The position numbers and the translations under genes were made by a program. A stretch of 64,000 nucleotides of DNA from a virus: the IMG/VR virus record IMGVR_UViG_3300036819_000087, positions 1 to 64,000 of that record; one strand, 5' to 3'. Below the pieces are notes generated by a model. That model was not told the DNA's origin. It ran no database searches and saw only the letters and a list, made by a program, of their open reading frames with translations. Of the stretch, positions 47,265 through 56,882 are shown piece by piece. Within the stretch, counting starts at the first letter, position 1. Every line of letters begins with the position of its first letter.

Positions 47265-47933
47265 TTACGGGCGGGTAGGGGCCGGGTGGATGGTGACGAC
47301 GGCAGGGGAACCGACCGGCTCAGGTGCTCCGACAGGCGGTACTGCGGGCGGGCTGGCTGAACTGGTCACCCAGGAACCGCCGTTCTCCGCGCCCAGGACG
47401 ACGATCGCTTGCCAGGTGATGAGCCGCAGATCAGTCCCGGTGTGGATCTGGCCGCTGGCAGGGAACCACACGTAGTCGCCGGGGAGCGGGTTCATCCAGT
47501 CGTCGGACTGGTCACCGGCTCCGGTGAGCCATGGCTGGCAGGCGACCCTGCGTGTGATGCTGCCACACTCGGCCTGGACGGTCCGGCCGCTAGTAGTGAG
47601 GATTGCCAAGGTCAACGCCCCGCAGAGCGGTTTCTTGCCGCCGCGCTGGCGGCGGGGCATGGCGGTGGGGCAGTGCGCTTGGGTCGCGGCGGCGAACCCG
47701 AACTCGACGGGATCGGAGTCCAGGACCATTCCGGCGGTCATGCCAGGGTGGGGGCGGGTTGTGGGGTGGCTGTCCATGTAGTGGGTGGCCTCGGTGCGGC
47801 TCGACGTACCGGGCGGGCTCGACGTACCGGGCGGGGTGGCTGTCCATGCTTGGCGTGCGCAGGCGGTCAAGGTGCCGCCGATGGTGAGCGCAGCGGTGGC
47901 GGTAGTCAGCGCGATGACGGTTCGGGAGGTCAT
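47265..47933 (-). CDS. Secreted/lipoprotein-like hypothetical protein
   Basis: Signal-like N-terminus ending LTAC; PPGTSS tandem repeat. Confidence 0.55.
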   Translation of the reverse strand: MTSRTVIALTTATAALTIGGTLTACARQAWTATPPGTSSPPGTSSRTEATHYMDSHPTTRPHPGMTAGMVLDSDPVEFGFAAATQAHCPTAMPRRQRGGKKPLCGALTLAILTTSGRTVQAECGSITRRVACQPWLTGAGDQSDDWMNPLPGDYVWFPASGQIHTGTDLRLITWQAIVVLGAENGGSWVTSSASPPAVPPVGAPEPVGSPAVVTIHPAPTRP

Positions 47934-47971
47934 GCTGGTGGTGCTCCTCGGTTGTTTCGGGTGGTGGGGGG

Positions 47972-49207
47972 TCAGGAATTGACGGCGCGGAGGCCGCGGG
48001 CCCGCTTCACCTCCTCGATGCGGGTCTTGCCCCAGTTGCGGGAGCGGCCGGGGTGCAAGGCGGAGAGGTCCCGGTCGGTGAGTGTCTTCCGGCCGGGCGC
48101 GAGCGACGCGATGTACTCGTCGCGGGCGGCGACCGCGTCGGGGTCCATGGACATGCGGCCACGGCCCGACAGGGCCACATCCGGGTGGACCTGGTCCGGG
48201 CCAGTGGTCCGTTCTGGCTCATCTGGCCCATCATTGGGCCGGGTGTCTGGCCCATCGGCCGGCCCACCCGTGGCCCACGTTTCTGGCCCATCGGCCGGCC
48301 CCGTCTCTGGCCCATTGGGGGCCTCGTCGGGGCCGTGGGCCGGGGCCATGGTCAGGGCCATGAACGGGGCCACCGGGAGGCTGGCGGACAGGGCCACGCC
48401 GGGGGCCACCCCGGCCGGGAGCGGCGCGGCGGCGGTCAGCAGTTCATCGACCCGGCCGAGGGCACCGGTGATGCGGACACCGGTGTCGAGCTGCCACAGC
48501 AGATCCCCCGGGACGTGGTCACGCCAGCCGGTGCCGAACCGGGCGCGGAGCCGCTCGACGGCGGCGCGGCGGTCGATTTCCAGGCTGACCGCGGTCGTGT
48601 AGGAGGTGACTCCCCACATGATCATGCGGCGTTTGATGTACCAGGTGCCGGGCCGGTCGACCAGCCACCTCTGCCAGGGGATACGTTCGGCGCGGCGCCG
48701 TGACCGGTCAAGGGCGCGGGCGGCGCGGCGGGCCTCGTTCTGGCGGCGGAGCATCGCATGCCGGGCCGCCTCAACGAAGATCACCAGCAGGGCGGGCGCG
48801 AACATGCGGATGCCCATCCCCCGGTAGTCGGGCCAGCCGGCGGCGGCGTTCACGGCGACCACCCCGGCGGCGAACGTGAGGACCGCCCACCGGAGCCACC
48901 ACACCGTCCGTTCGGTGTAGACCAGGACCAGGTCCAGGCCCATCACCACGTACAGGCCACCCTGGATGCCGAGGGGGGCCAGCCACGCCAGCGCCACGTT
49001 CAGGTGGGCCGCGAGATGGGCCACCGTCTGGTAGTCGGCGGCGGTGGCGTAGGCCGCGATCGCCAGGCCACCGATGGCCAGCAGGACCCGCTGCCATGGG
49101 CCAAGAGCGGGCCGGCCTTCATGTTCTCCCATAGGGGCCATAGTGGCGTCTGGCCCAACAGGGGGCGGGGAAACACGCGGGGCGGTCATCAGGTTGGGTC
49201 CTTTCAC
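47972..49207 (-). CDS. DUF2637/Spd-like membrane protein of actinomycete conjugative elements
   Basis: Four TM segments, RIPWQRW...RRMIMWG...Y motif, Pro/Gly repeats, C-terminal HTH-like end. Confidence 0.7.
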   Translation of the reverse strand: MKGPNLMTAPRVSPPPVGPDATMAPMGEHEGRPALGPWQRVLLAIGGLAIAAYATAADYQTVAHLAAHLNVALAWLAPLGIQGGLYVVMGLDLVLVYTERTVWWLRWAVLTFAAGVVAVNAAAGWPDYRGMGIRMFAPALLVIFVEAARHAMLRRQNEARRAARALDRSRRRAERIPWQRWLVDRPGTWYIKRRMIMWGVTSYTTAVSLEIDRRAAVERLRARFGTGWRDHVPGDLLWQLDTGVRITGALGRVDELLTAAAPLPAGVAPGVALSASLPVAPFMALTMAPAHGPDEAPNGPETGPADGPETWATGGPADGPDTRPNDGPDEPERTTGPDQVHPDVALSGRGRMSMDPDAVAARDEYIASLAPGRKTLTDRDLSALHPGRSRNWGKTRIEEVKRARGLRAVNS

Positions 49208-49887
49208 TGGACCGGTGCGGGTTCATCGGCGAGGGCGAGGGAATCCTCGAACCACCAGCCGAACGTGGGCACGGCACCGCCGGCGGCCTGGAGCTCGTAC
49301 ACCTCGATGTAGCAGGCGGTGATGTCGTCGGGGAGCCGCAGCGCGCAGGAGTGGGCGTAGGCGACCCGGCGGATCGCGCCTTCAAGCAGGTTGATCGCCC
49401 GTTCGCATTCGGCGGCGACCCGGCGGGCTTTCTCCGCGGCCAGGGCGGCGTCTTGCATCCGCTTCTCCGCGTCGTCGTAGGCGGGTGATTCGGGGTAGGC
49501 GGCGGCCAGGTCGCGGCGGGCCCGTCTCCACGCATCGATCTGGCGGCGGAGTTCAGCGGCGGCTTCCGCCATGTCTTTGCGGGTTGCTGTTATCAGCTCT
49601 GCGCAGTGTTTCCCCTGCTGGTCGAGGAGGGTGGCGAGGTCGGCGGCGAAGTTGTCCAGTTCGGCGCGGGTCCAGTTGGGTTCTACGTCCCGGTCGTGGA
49701 GGAGGGCGGCGGCGTCGCCGGCGGTCAGGGCTAGGGCGGCGCCGGCGAGGGCGCCAAGGCCGAGGACGGCGACGTTGTTGCGGAGGGCGCGGGCGTACAT
49801 GGTGGCGGTGGTGTTACCGGCGTCGCGGATGCCTTCGATGAACCGGAAAGCTGCCGCCTCGTGCGGGCCGATCGGGTCGAACATCAC
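49204..49887 (-). CDS. Coiled-coil hypothetical protein
   Basis: Ala-rich heptads; GGAGGGG RBS. Confidence 0.65.
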   Translation of the reverse strand: MMFDPIGPHEAAAFRFIEGIRDAGNTTATMYARALRNNVAVLGLGALAGAALALTAGDAAALLHDRDVEPNWTRAELDNFAADLATLLDQQGKHCAELITATRKDMAEAAAELRRQIDAWRRARRDLAAAYPESPAYDDAEKRMQDAALAAEKARRVAAECERAINLLEGAIRRVAYAHSCALRLPDDITACYIEVYELQAAGGAVPTFGWWFEDSLALADEPAPVQ

Positions 49888-49908
49888 CCCTCCCCTCCCC
49901 TACTGTCT

Positions 49909-50029
49909 GTGATCACGATTGACCGGTCACTTGATTGACCGGTCACTTCTGGACCCCCGTATATACAGGGCAGGTGTCCGGTCACGCGGCGTGCGGGCGG
50001 GCGCGGGCGCGGTCACGCGGTTTCGTCAC
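49909..50029. repeat. Repeat cluster downstream of traB; candidate clt (cis-acting locus of transfer)
   Basis: GATTGACCGGTCACTT x2 (49917-49948) plus CCGGTCACGCGG (49978) and GCGGTCACGCGG (50009). Confidence 0.55.
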
Positions 50030-52365
50030 TGGCTGTGATCCCCGGGCTTGGGGAGGCCGGGCGGGACCGGGGCCTTCCAGACCCATTTCTGGGCCGCGCC
50101 GCCGGCCCCGTTGGTCCCGACCAGGTCCGCCAGCCTCAGTTTGTGCATGTAGGCGAGGGTGACCGCTTTGTTGATCTTGAGGATGGCGGCGAGTTCCCGA
50201 GCCGATTTACCCCCGCTGACCAGGGCGTTCACGATGACCACGAAACGATCTTGGGGGATTTCGTGCAGGTCGGCGACCTGCTGCCACTGGACGGCGCGCG
50301 CCTGCCGCATCTGTTCCTCGGTGACCTCGGGCCGGATCGTGGCCGGGTCGGGGGTGCTGTCGAGGACGCGGCGGACCTCGTCGGCTTTGGTGCCGAGGCC
50401 CTGGACCATCTCGTCCAGGCCGGGGACTTCTTCTCGCATCATGCGCTCCAGTTCGTCGAACGAGGTGCCGGCGGCGGGCCGGTCGAGGGTGGCCACGGCC
50501 GCACCGTCCCATTCGGGGGAGGGGCTGGCGTCAGCATTTGCTGACGGGGTGGGGGTGGGCTGGGTGGTGGGGGTGAACCGGTCCCACTGGCCGCGTGCCC
50601 AGCGGGCGAACACGTCCTCGCCGAGGAGCTGGTCGAGTTCGTCGCCGAGGAAGTCCCGCAGTTCCGGTTCGAGCTGCGGCTGGTGGCGGGCGCGGGCGTT
50701 GACCAGTTCGTCGATGTCCTCGGTGTCGCGGAGCTTCCAGGTGCGGCCCATCGTGGTGGCGGCGCCCATCTCGGGGACGAACCCCCACACGCCCTTGGCG
50801 GTGCCGCCGTAGGTGGTCATGTCGGGCATCCACGAGTTCTGGCCGAGGAGCAGCGCGGACTCGTTCGGGTTGGTGATGCGGCTCACGGCGAACGTGTCGA
50901 CCAGGGGCCGGATGTTGGCCCCGGAGGGGCCGCCCATCCAGTCGGCGGTGGCCCGCTGCCCGGCGGTGACCCAGGCGATGCCCTCGGACCGGTCCTTGCT
51001 GTACGCCTGGCCGAGGAGTTTCGCGACGGCGGGGAACTTCGCGGCCGCGTCGATCTCGTCGATGATCACCAGGATGAGGGGGGCTTTGCGGGTGGGCCGG
51101 TGGTCACGGTTCCCGCGTCGGGTGTCGCGGTGCTGGGACCGCCACCAGCGGATCTTCTGGAGCAGGCGGAGGATGCGGACCGCGCGGGTCCACTGGTCCG
51201 GGCCGATCGCGGTCAGGTGGCACGCTGGCGCCCAGTCGAGCAGCTCGGACGCCTTGTCCAGGTTGATGCCGATGGTGAGGACATCCCGGCAGGCGGTGCC
51301 CCGCTCGTAGATGCAGTTCATGAGGGTTGATTTGCCCGCGCCGCGGGTGCCGAGGAGGTAGGCGACCCGGGCACCGTCCTCGGTCCAGACCGGGAGGGTG
51401 AGGACCCGGCCGGTTTCGGGAGCCTGGCCGACGGGGAACGGGTCGTGGCAGGTGGCCTCGTTCAGGCCGGGCAGCTCGATCTCATGGTCGGCGACCAGCG
51501 CCGGGTGCTTGATCGGCCGTTTCCACGGGTTGCGGTACTGAATGGTGACCTGGACGCGGCCGGCGCGGGAGTTCGCCGGGACCGTAACCTGGACCTGGGC
51601 GGGGCGGAGCCCTTCCGCGCCGGCGATCGTTTCGGCGTAGTGGCCGGCGCGGGACCGGAAGTACGACGCTTTCTTGCCGGTGCCGTTCACGTCGAACAGC
51701 CACGCCTCCCCGACCCGGGTGTCCCAGTGGTTCAGCAGGAGCGCCCCGTGCATGTCCCAGCTTGCGGCGCGGTGCTGCCACGCGGTTTTCTCCGCCTGCC
51801 ACTGGCGGGCGTACACGGCGGAGGGGAGGTGGTGGACCCACCACCAGGCGACCGCGGTGGTCAGCGCCCACAGCATCGTCAGGGACGGGACACCGAACGG
51901 GCCGCCGAGCACGCCACCCGGCTGGCCTGCGGTCCAGGCGACCCATGCGCCGGTGATCAGGCCGCCGACGGCCAGGCGGCGGGCCCCGGCCATGTGGTTG
52001 CGGCGTTCCCCGGTCCGCTTGTCCTTGCGGCCCGCCGAGCCGGCCAGGAGCGTCACCGACTCGAACACCAGGGTGGCGACCACAATGTCATGGCCGGGGA
52101 GCCCGGTCACGTGCATGATCTCAGCGGCGGTCCACGCGACCGCGGCGGCCTTCCACACGCGGCGGGCCTCGCGGCCGGTGCTGGTGGGGGGGCGGCGGGT
52201 CAGCGTGTTGTCGTCGCTGCCACCCAGGTCCTCCTCGTCACCCCACTCATCCCCATCATCTGCCTCATCCCGGTCATTCGGCTGGTCTATCCGGTAGGGG
52301 GCGGTGGCATAGGGGTCACGGTCGTCGCTCCACTCGGCGGTGGCGTCCGGGTCGGGGTGGGTCAC
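50026..52365 (-). CDS. TraB-like FtsK/SpoIIIE conjugative DNA translocase
   Basis: N-terminal TM segments, Walker A GTRGAGKST, Walker B VIIDE, GQR motif, C-terminal winged-helix (GGKSARELAAIL...L...LV). Confidence 0.8.
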   Translation of the reverse strand: MTHPDPDATAEWSDDRDPYATAPYRIDQPNDRDEADDGDEWGDEEDLGGSDDNTLTRRPPTSTGREARRVWKAAAVAWTAAEIMHVTGLPGHDIVVATLVFESVTLLAGSAGRKDKRTGERRNHMAGARRLAVGGLITGAWVAWTAGQPGGVLGGPFGVPSLTMLWALTTAVAWWWVHHLPSAVYARQWQAEKTAWQHRAASWDMHGALLLNHWDTRVGEAWLFDVNGTGKKASYFRSRAGHYAETIAGAEGLRPAQVQVTVPANSRAGRVQVTIQYRNPWKRPIKHPALVADHEIELPGLNEATCHDPFPVGQAPETGRVLTLPVWTEDGARVAYLLGTRGAGKSTLMNCIYERGTACRDVLTIGINLDKASELLDWAPACHLTAIGPDQWTRAVRILRLLQKIRWWRSQHRDTRRGNRDHRPTRKAPLILVIIDEIDAAAKFPAVAKLLGQAYSKDRSEGIAWVTAGQRATADWMGGPSGANIRPLVDTFAVSRITNPNESALLLGQNSWMPDMTTYGGTAKGVWGFVPEMGAATTMGRTWKLRDTEDIDELVNARARHQPQLEPELRDFLGDELDQLLGEDVFARWARGQWDRFTPTTQPTPTPSANADASPSPEWDGAAVATLDRPAAGTSFDELERMMREEVPGLDEMVQGLGTKADEVRRVLDSTPDPATIRPEVTEEQMRQARAVQWQQVADLHEIPQDRFVVIVNALVSGGKSARELAAILKINKAVTLAYMHKLRLADLVGTNGAGGAAQKWVWKAPVPPGLPKPGDHSQ

Positions 52366-52415
52366 GGTCGTGATCCTCTCGGGGCAGGCGGGCGGGCAGG
52401 AGAAGGGAAGGGGGG

Positions 52416-53213
52416 TTAGGCGGCGGCGCCGTCGCCGAACCACTGGCGGGCGTTGTTCGGCAGCGGGGTGCCGTCCGCGACCGCGTTGCGGGTCGCGGCG
52501 TACTCGGCGACCATCCGCTGGTTATGCGCGGCGACCAGCAGGGAGGCGTCCATCGCGCTGTCGGCGATCTCGATCAGGCCGGCGATGATGGCCGGGGACA
52601 GGTTCCACACGGCGGTCAGGTTGTCGGTGTGGGCCAGGATCGCCTGGGAGAAGTGGAGGAGCCCCGCCGACCAGCCCCGGACCGTGGACAGTTCGCCGGC
52701 CTCGTTCTCCGGGACGAACCCGGCGATCGCGGTGGAGAGCTGGACCCACAGGGCGGGCACGTCCTGCTGGCCGATCACCGCCGGGTCCGGGGGGGCGGCG
52801 CGCAGGTCGTCGCGGAGGGACGGCACGTCCCGGACCGTGTCTGGGGTCGCGTCCGGGCCTGGGCCACCCGCAGCCGGGACGGGACGGACACGCTGGACCG
52901 GTGCGGTGACCGCCCCGTCCTGGTGGCCACGCCAGGCCGACTCACGGGCCTTCCTGATTCCCAGAGACACACCCCACCGGGCCCGCATGAGCAGCCAGCC
53001 GGACAGCCAGCACAGTTTGTCCCATGCCAGGGTGAGCATCAATCTGGGTGCTCTCCTGACGGCCAGTATCAGCACCTTCCAGTGGGACAGGTGCCCGATT
53101 CTGGAATCAGAACGGGATGCGTCCTCTTCCAGCACTTTGTACAGGTAGGCAACCGACCAGGAAAATCCGATCAGGAAAATCGGGAGGAACAGGACGAAAA
53201 AGAGGCTGAGCAT
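52416..53213 (-). CDS. Membrane-anchored hypothetical protein (conjugation module)
   Basis: N-terminal TM segment, helical C-terminus, adjacent to traB. Confidence 0.6.
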   Translation of the reverse strand: MLSLFFVLFLPIFLIGFSWSVAYLYKVLEEDASRSDSRIGHLSHWKVLILAVRRAPRLMLTLAWDKLCWLSGWLLMRARWGVSLGIRKARESAWRGHQDGAVTAPVQRVRPVPAAGGPGPDATPDTVRDVPSLRDDLRAAPPDPAVIGQQDVPALWVQLSTAIAGFVPENEAGELSTVRGWSAGLLHFSQAILAHTDNLTAVWNLSPAIIAGLIEIADSAMDASLLVAAHNQRMVAEYAATRNAVADGTPLPNNARQWFGDGAAA

Positions 53214-53228
53214 TTCCGGGTGTCCTTT

Positions 53229-53873
53229 CTAATACCAGCCGTGGATGTTTTCGTGGTCGAGCGCTTTGCAGGGGGTGCCGTACACGTCGTGGATGTCGGC
53301 GAGGCCCCACCGGATTTGGGTCGCGGGGTCGGCCCGGCCCCCGAGGTCGGCGGGCCGGCCAGCGACCGGGTACTTGTAGGCGGGGCGGGCCTGCGCGATC
53401 CCGAACGCGAACACGTAGGAGCCGGGCCCGTCCCCGCCGGCGTGGGTGACGCGGGTGTCGGCGGTGTCCGACCAGCCCGACTCGCGGGTCCACAGCTCGT
53501 TGAGGCAGCCGGCCTGGGTGCCGGTCCAGCCGTCCAGGCAGCCGGCGAGCCTGTCACCGAGGGCCTGGTTGCTGGCCGGGGTGCCGCCGCCGCCGGGGGC
53601 CGAGCACGACGGGGCAGGATGATGGACGGCGTGGATGACAGGCCGGACCACTGGCCGGACCACGGCCTTGGCCGCACCCGGATCCGCGCCAGCACCAGCG
53701 GCGGCGAACGCAGCGACAGCCAGGCCAGCGACCACCAGCGGGTGGGGGCCTCGTCGCTGGCCGAGACGGAGCGGCTTCTGGAACAGGGACGGGCGCGGCC
53801 CATGGAACCGGCGGGACCGGCGGGCCTGCCGCCGCGTCGGCGGCCGGTGGAAGTCGTACCCGTCCAGAGGCAT
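53229..53873 (-). CDS. Secreted lytic transglycosylase-like protein
   Basis: CLNELWTRESGW...AFGIAQA...TQIRWGL..I...YGTPC...HGWY. Confidence 0.8.
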   Translation of the reverse strand: MPLDGYDFHRPPTRRQARRSRRFHGPRPSLFQKPLRLGQRRGPHPLVVAGLAVAAFAAAGAGADPGAAKAVVRPVVRPVIHAVHHPAPSCSAPGGGGTPASNQALGDRLAGCLDGWTGTQAGCLNELWTRESGWSDTADTRVTHAGGDGPGSYVFAFGIAQARPAYKYPVAGRPADLGGRADPATQIRWGLADIHDVYGTPCKALDHENIHGWY

Positions 53874-53883
53874 GAGCTGGCCC

Positions 53884-54108
53884 CTACCGGCTCTCGCCGG
53901 AGCAGCGTTGGCGGCCGAACCAGCCCAGTTTGTAGGTCTCCGAACGGCCACCGGGATGCACGGTCACCGAGCCGAGGCAGCGGCCGCACTGGCCGTTGTA
54001 TGTCTGGATGTTGCGTCTAATCCTCCAGGTCATCTTGTGGCCTTTGCCGCGGAGACGGCGCGTCCATTCCTTTTTGGCCTCGTTGCGCTGTTCGATCTCG
54101 GTAGCCAT
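53884..54108 (-). CDS. Small basic GHxMxW/CxxC protein (paralog 2)
   Basis: GHKMTW...GQCGRC...RC. Confidence 0.6.
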   Translation of the reverse strand: MATEIEQRNEAKKEWTRRLRGKGHKMTWRIRRNIQTYNGQCGRCLGSVTVHPGGRSETYKLGWFGRQRCSGESR

Positions 54109-54110
54109 GG

Positions 54111-54344
54111 TCAGCGGCCTCCCCGGATTCGGCGGCATCCAGGCCACTTCAGGTCGGTGGTGTCGACGCTGCCGCCGAGGTAGACGGTGATCTCGCCGGG
54201 GCAGTTCTTGCAGCGGCCGTGCCAGCGCCTGCTGCGGCCCCCGCTGTACTTCCACTGCATGACGTGGCCGTGTTTGCGGAGCTTGTCAGCCCAGTCGCGT
54301 TTAGCGGCGGTGCGCGCCTGCGCCGGGGTGATCTGGTTGCGCAT
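54111..54344 (-). CDS. Small basic GHxMxW/CxxC protein (paralog 1)
   Basis: GHVMQW...GRCKNC...GC. Confidence 0.6.
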   Translation of the reverse strand: MRNQITPAQARTAAKRDWADKLRKHGHVMQWKYSGGRSRRWHGRCKNCPGEITVYLGGSVDTTDLKWPGCRRIRGGR

Positions 54345-54346
54345 GG

Positions 54347-54934
54347 TCAGTACCTCAGTCCGGGGATGCGGCCGTAGCCGACGATGGTGGTTTCGGTGGG
54401 GGACCAGGCGCGGACCTGGACGTACGCGCCGGTGTGGGGTGCCTCGACCACCCGGCCGCCACCGACATAGGTGACGACGTGGCCGGGGGACGGGTCGGGG
54501 TCGCCGGGCCATTGCTCGAAGATCAGGTCACCCGGTTCGAGCTGGCTGTAGGAGATGCGGGTGGTCCAGGCGTACTGGGCTTCGCTGGTCCGCGCCCCGG
54601 TGTCGATACCGATCTGGTGGAGCGCCCAGAAGTTCAGCCCGGAACAGTCGAACTCGCTGGGTCCGATCGCCCCGTACACGTACGGGTCGCCGGTCTTGGA
54701 TTCCTCCAGGTGGAGGAACTCGGTAGCGGTCGGCCCGCTGCCCCCGCCGGCGGCGGCCGCGGCGTGCGCGGGAGCCGCCGTGGCGGCGGGGTGCTTGGCC
54801 TGGTGGACAGCGGCGTGCGCGCCGGTCGAGGCCAGCGCGCACACCACCACCCCGGCCATCACCCCGGCCGCCCAGCCGGGGACACCGCTGGCGCGGCGCC
54901 CGTACCGGCGGCGGAGAGCATCGGGAGAGGTCAT
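54347..54934 (-). CDS. NlpC/P60 cell-wall peptidase
   Basis: PYVYG..GP..FDCSGL, PGDLIF and GHV motifs; N-terminal signal/TM segment. Confidence 0.92.
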   Translation of the reverse strand: MTSPDALRRRYGRRASGVPGWAAGVMAGVVVCALASTGAHAAVHQAKHPAATAAPAHAAAAAGGGSGPTATEFLHLEESKTGDPYVYGAIGPSEFDCSGLNFWALHQIGIDTGARTSEAQYAWTTRISYSQLEPGDLIFEQWPGDPDPSPGHVVTYVGGGRVVEAPHTGAYVQVRAWSPTETTIVGYGRIPGLRY

Positions 54935-54937
54935 CGG

Positions 54938-55252
54938 TTACCGGCTCACAGACCAGCCGCCAGCGGTCCGCTGGCTGCCCTTGTCCTTGCCCCGGCCGAA
55001 CGGGGCCACGAGGATCCCCGTGGCCGCCGCGACCGCGAAGAAGATCACGAATAGGACGACCCACGCGCCGATCATGTTGCTGGTCACGGAGGTGTGGGTG
55101 ACGGCGGCGTGGTGGGCGATCGCCGTCTTGTGCTTGTCGTTGATGTAGCCGACAGCGACCGACGCGGCGGCCACCGACGCGACGATCGCGCCGAACAGCC
55201 AGCGGCCGAACGTCAGCGGCTTGCTCTCGCGATTGCGGTTGTTGCTGCTCAA
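54938..55252 (-). CDS. Two-TM membrane protein
   Basis: Two hydrophobic helices; AAAGGAG RBS. Confidence 0.65.
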   Translation of the reverse strand: MSSNNRNRESKPLTFGRWLFGAIVASVAAASVAVGYINDKHKTAIAHHAAVTHTSVTSNMIGAWVVLFVIFFAVAAATGILVAPFGRGKDKGSQRTAGGWSVSR

Positions 55253-55305
55253 CGGGGTGTCTCCTTTGGTGTGGCGTTGGCCCGGCCGGTTGGCCGGGCC
55301 ACGAT

Positions 55306-55671
55306 CTAGACCGCTTCGGCTTCTATGCCTTCGCGCTTGAGACGGCGGCGTTCCCGTTCGGACATGCCGCCCCAGATCCCGAACCGCTCATCGTTGGCGA
55401 GGGCGAATTCGAGGCAGTCGGCGCGGACCTCACAGGACCGGCACACCTTCTTGGCCTCCCTCGTCGACCCGCCCTTCTCGGGGTAGAAGGCTTCGGGGTC
55501 GGTTTGGGCGCACAGGGCCCGGTCCTGCCAGCCGAGTTCGTTGCCCTCGTCGGTCACTTCGCCGACGAAGCTCTCGTCGAGGGGCTCAACCGTGACCAGG
55601 GGGCCGGCGATGGGGCCGGCCGCGCCGGGGCTGGCCGCGAGGGTGGAGACGCGGACACGGGCGGCGCTCAT
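55306..55671 (-). CDS. whiB: WhiB-family transcription factor
   Basis: WQDRALCAQTDPEAFYP...AKKVCRSCEVRADCL...FGIWGGMSERERR. Confidence 0.95.
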   Translation of the reverse strand: MSAARVRVSTLAASPGAAGPIAGPLVTVEPLDESFVGEVTDEGNELGWQDRALCAQTDPEAFYPEKGGSTREAKKVCRSCEVRADCLEFALANDERFGIWGGMSERERRRLKREGIEAEAV

Positions 55672-56198
55672 GACTTGGCCGCCTTCCGCAGGTCGGCGAA
55701 GTTCGTGCACCGGACCTCGACCAGGGCGGTGAACTCGGACACGCTTCGCGCGTGGAGCGGACGGACCGGGCCGGTGTGCTCGACCACCAGGTCGGCCTTG
55801 TAGCCGTAGAACTGGCGGGCGCGGTACACAGCGTCCTGCTCGATATCGTCGAGGTCGCGGCCCTCGGCCTGGTCGGCGATGAACAGGTCCGGGCCGGGGC
55901 GGGGGGCGGGTTCCCGGTTGGCGCGCATGACGGCCAGCAGGTCGGGACGAGGCTGATCCGGGGCGGGCGGGGCGGGACAGCCGAACAGGTCAAGGAACGA
56001 GGGCATGAGGGTTCTCCAGGGAAGGAACAGGACGGCCGCGCCGAGGAACACGACCAGGGCGGCGGCGGCGGCCAGCCAGCACAGACCGGACTGGCAGGTC
56101 CAGCCGCCGGTAACAGCCAGGACGGCGACCACGGCGGCCGCGTCTCCGCACACGGCGGCACGCCGTCGTGTGCGGGCGCGGGGGGTGATCTCAGTCAC
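55668..56198 (-). CDS. Hypothetical membrane protein
   Basis: Two TM segments then a soluble domain; GAGGAGG RBS. Confidence 0.5.
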   Translation of the reverse strand: MTEITPRARTRRRAAVCGDAAAVVAVLAVTGGWTCQSGLCWLAAAAALVVFLGAAVLFLPWRTLMPSFLDLFGCPAPPAPDQPRPDLLAVMRANREPAPRPGPDLFIADQAEGRDLDDIEQDAVYRARQFYGYKADLVVEHTGPVRPLHARSVSEFTALVEVRCTNFADLRKAAKS

Positions 56199-56556
56199 GG
56201 GGGGCCTCCTCACGCCGGCCGCCGAAGTCGGCGGTGGCCGGGTCGGCCTCGTCGAGGAACTCGGCCAGTTCGGTCAGGAGCCGGACGGTGCCCTGCTCAG
56301 CAAGCTGGTCGCGGAACACGTCGAGGGCATCGGTGTAGTTGCCGCAGTGGACCGTCACGCGGGCGGTGACCGGGCCGGGCGCGCGGGGTGACAGCGACGC
56401 GGACAGGGGGCCGATGTAGGCGACCCGGAGGCGGGCGGCTGGCCCGTACACGCGCTGCGCATGGTCGAGGGCGTAGACGATCAGGCCGGGGATTCCGGAG
56501 CCGAAAGCGTCGAGGCTGAACCAGTCGGGGCTGTCGGGGCGGGGTGTCGTGGTCAC
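56191..56556 (-). CDS. Hypothetical protein
   Basis: Coupled ORF, GGAGG RBS. Confidence 0.55.
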   Translation of the reverse strand: MTTTPRPDSPDWFSLDAFGSGIPGLIVYALDHAQRVYGPAARLRVAYIGPLSASLSPRAPGPVTARVTVHCGNYTDALDVFRDQLAEQGTVRLLTELAEFLDEADPATADFGGRREEAPRD

Positions 56557-56882
56557 GATGCCTCCTGCGCGAGAGCGCGGGCGGTGCGGGCGTCGGCCAG
56601 CAGGACGGCGGCGAGGCCGTGGTCTGGCTTGGGGCCAGAGATGGCGTCCTCGGCCTGTGCGGTGAACCGCGCGGCGAGCGCCTCGTACACCTCGGGGCCG
56701 GCATCGACGAGGATGCCGCCGGTGAACATGCCGGCGGCGGTGGCACCGGGGCCGATACGGAGGGGGCGCTCGTAGCGGCCGGCGAGGATCACGGCGCGGA
56801 GGCTGGCCCTGATCTCATCGGGGGTCCCGGCGGTGGCCGTCTCCTCGTCCACCCAGACGATGACCGGGGCGGGGGCGGTCAT
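56553..56882 (-). CDS. Hypothetical protein
   Basis: MTAPAPVIV..., GAGGAG RBS. Confidence 0.55.
   Translation of the reverse strand: MTAPAPVIVWVDEETATAGTPDEIRASLRAVILAGRYERPLRIGPGATAAGMFTGGILVDAGPEVYEALAARFTAQAEDAISGPKPDHGLAAVLLADARTARALAQEAS

Noticed and set aside
48215-48340. TGGCCCAT-type repeats as clt or iterons
   Set aside because: They lie within the DUF2637 ORF and encode GP(D/E) low-complexity repeats; the non-coding cluster at 49909-50029 is the better candidate
50026-52365. Type IV secretion or type VII (Ecc) system
   Set aside because: Single FtsK-type ATPase domain with winged helix; no relaxase, VirB4 or clear WXG100 genes
53229-54934. Phage lysis cassette (endolysin/holin)
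   Set aside because: Both hydrolases have signal/TM N-termini and sit beside traB, which fits conjugation-associated wall remodelling; a lysis role is not excluded
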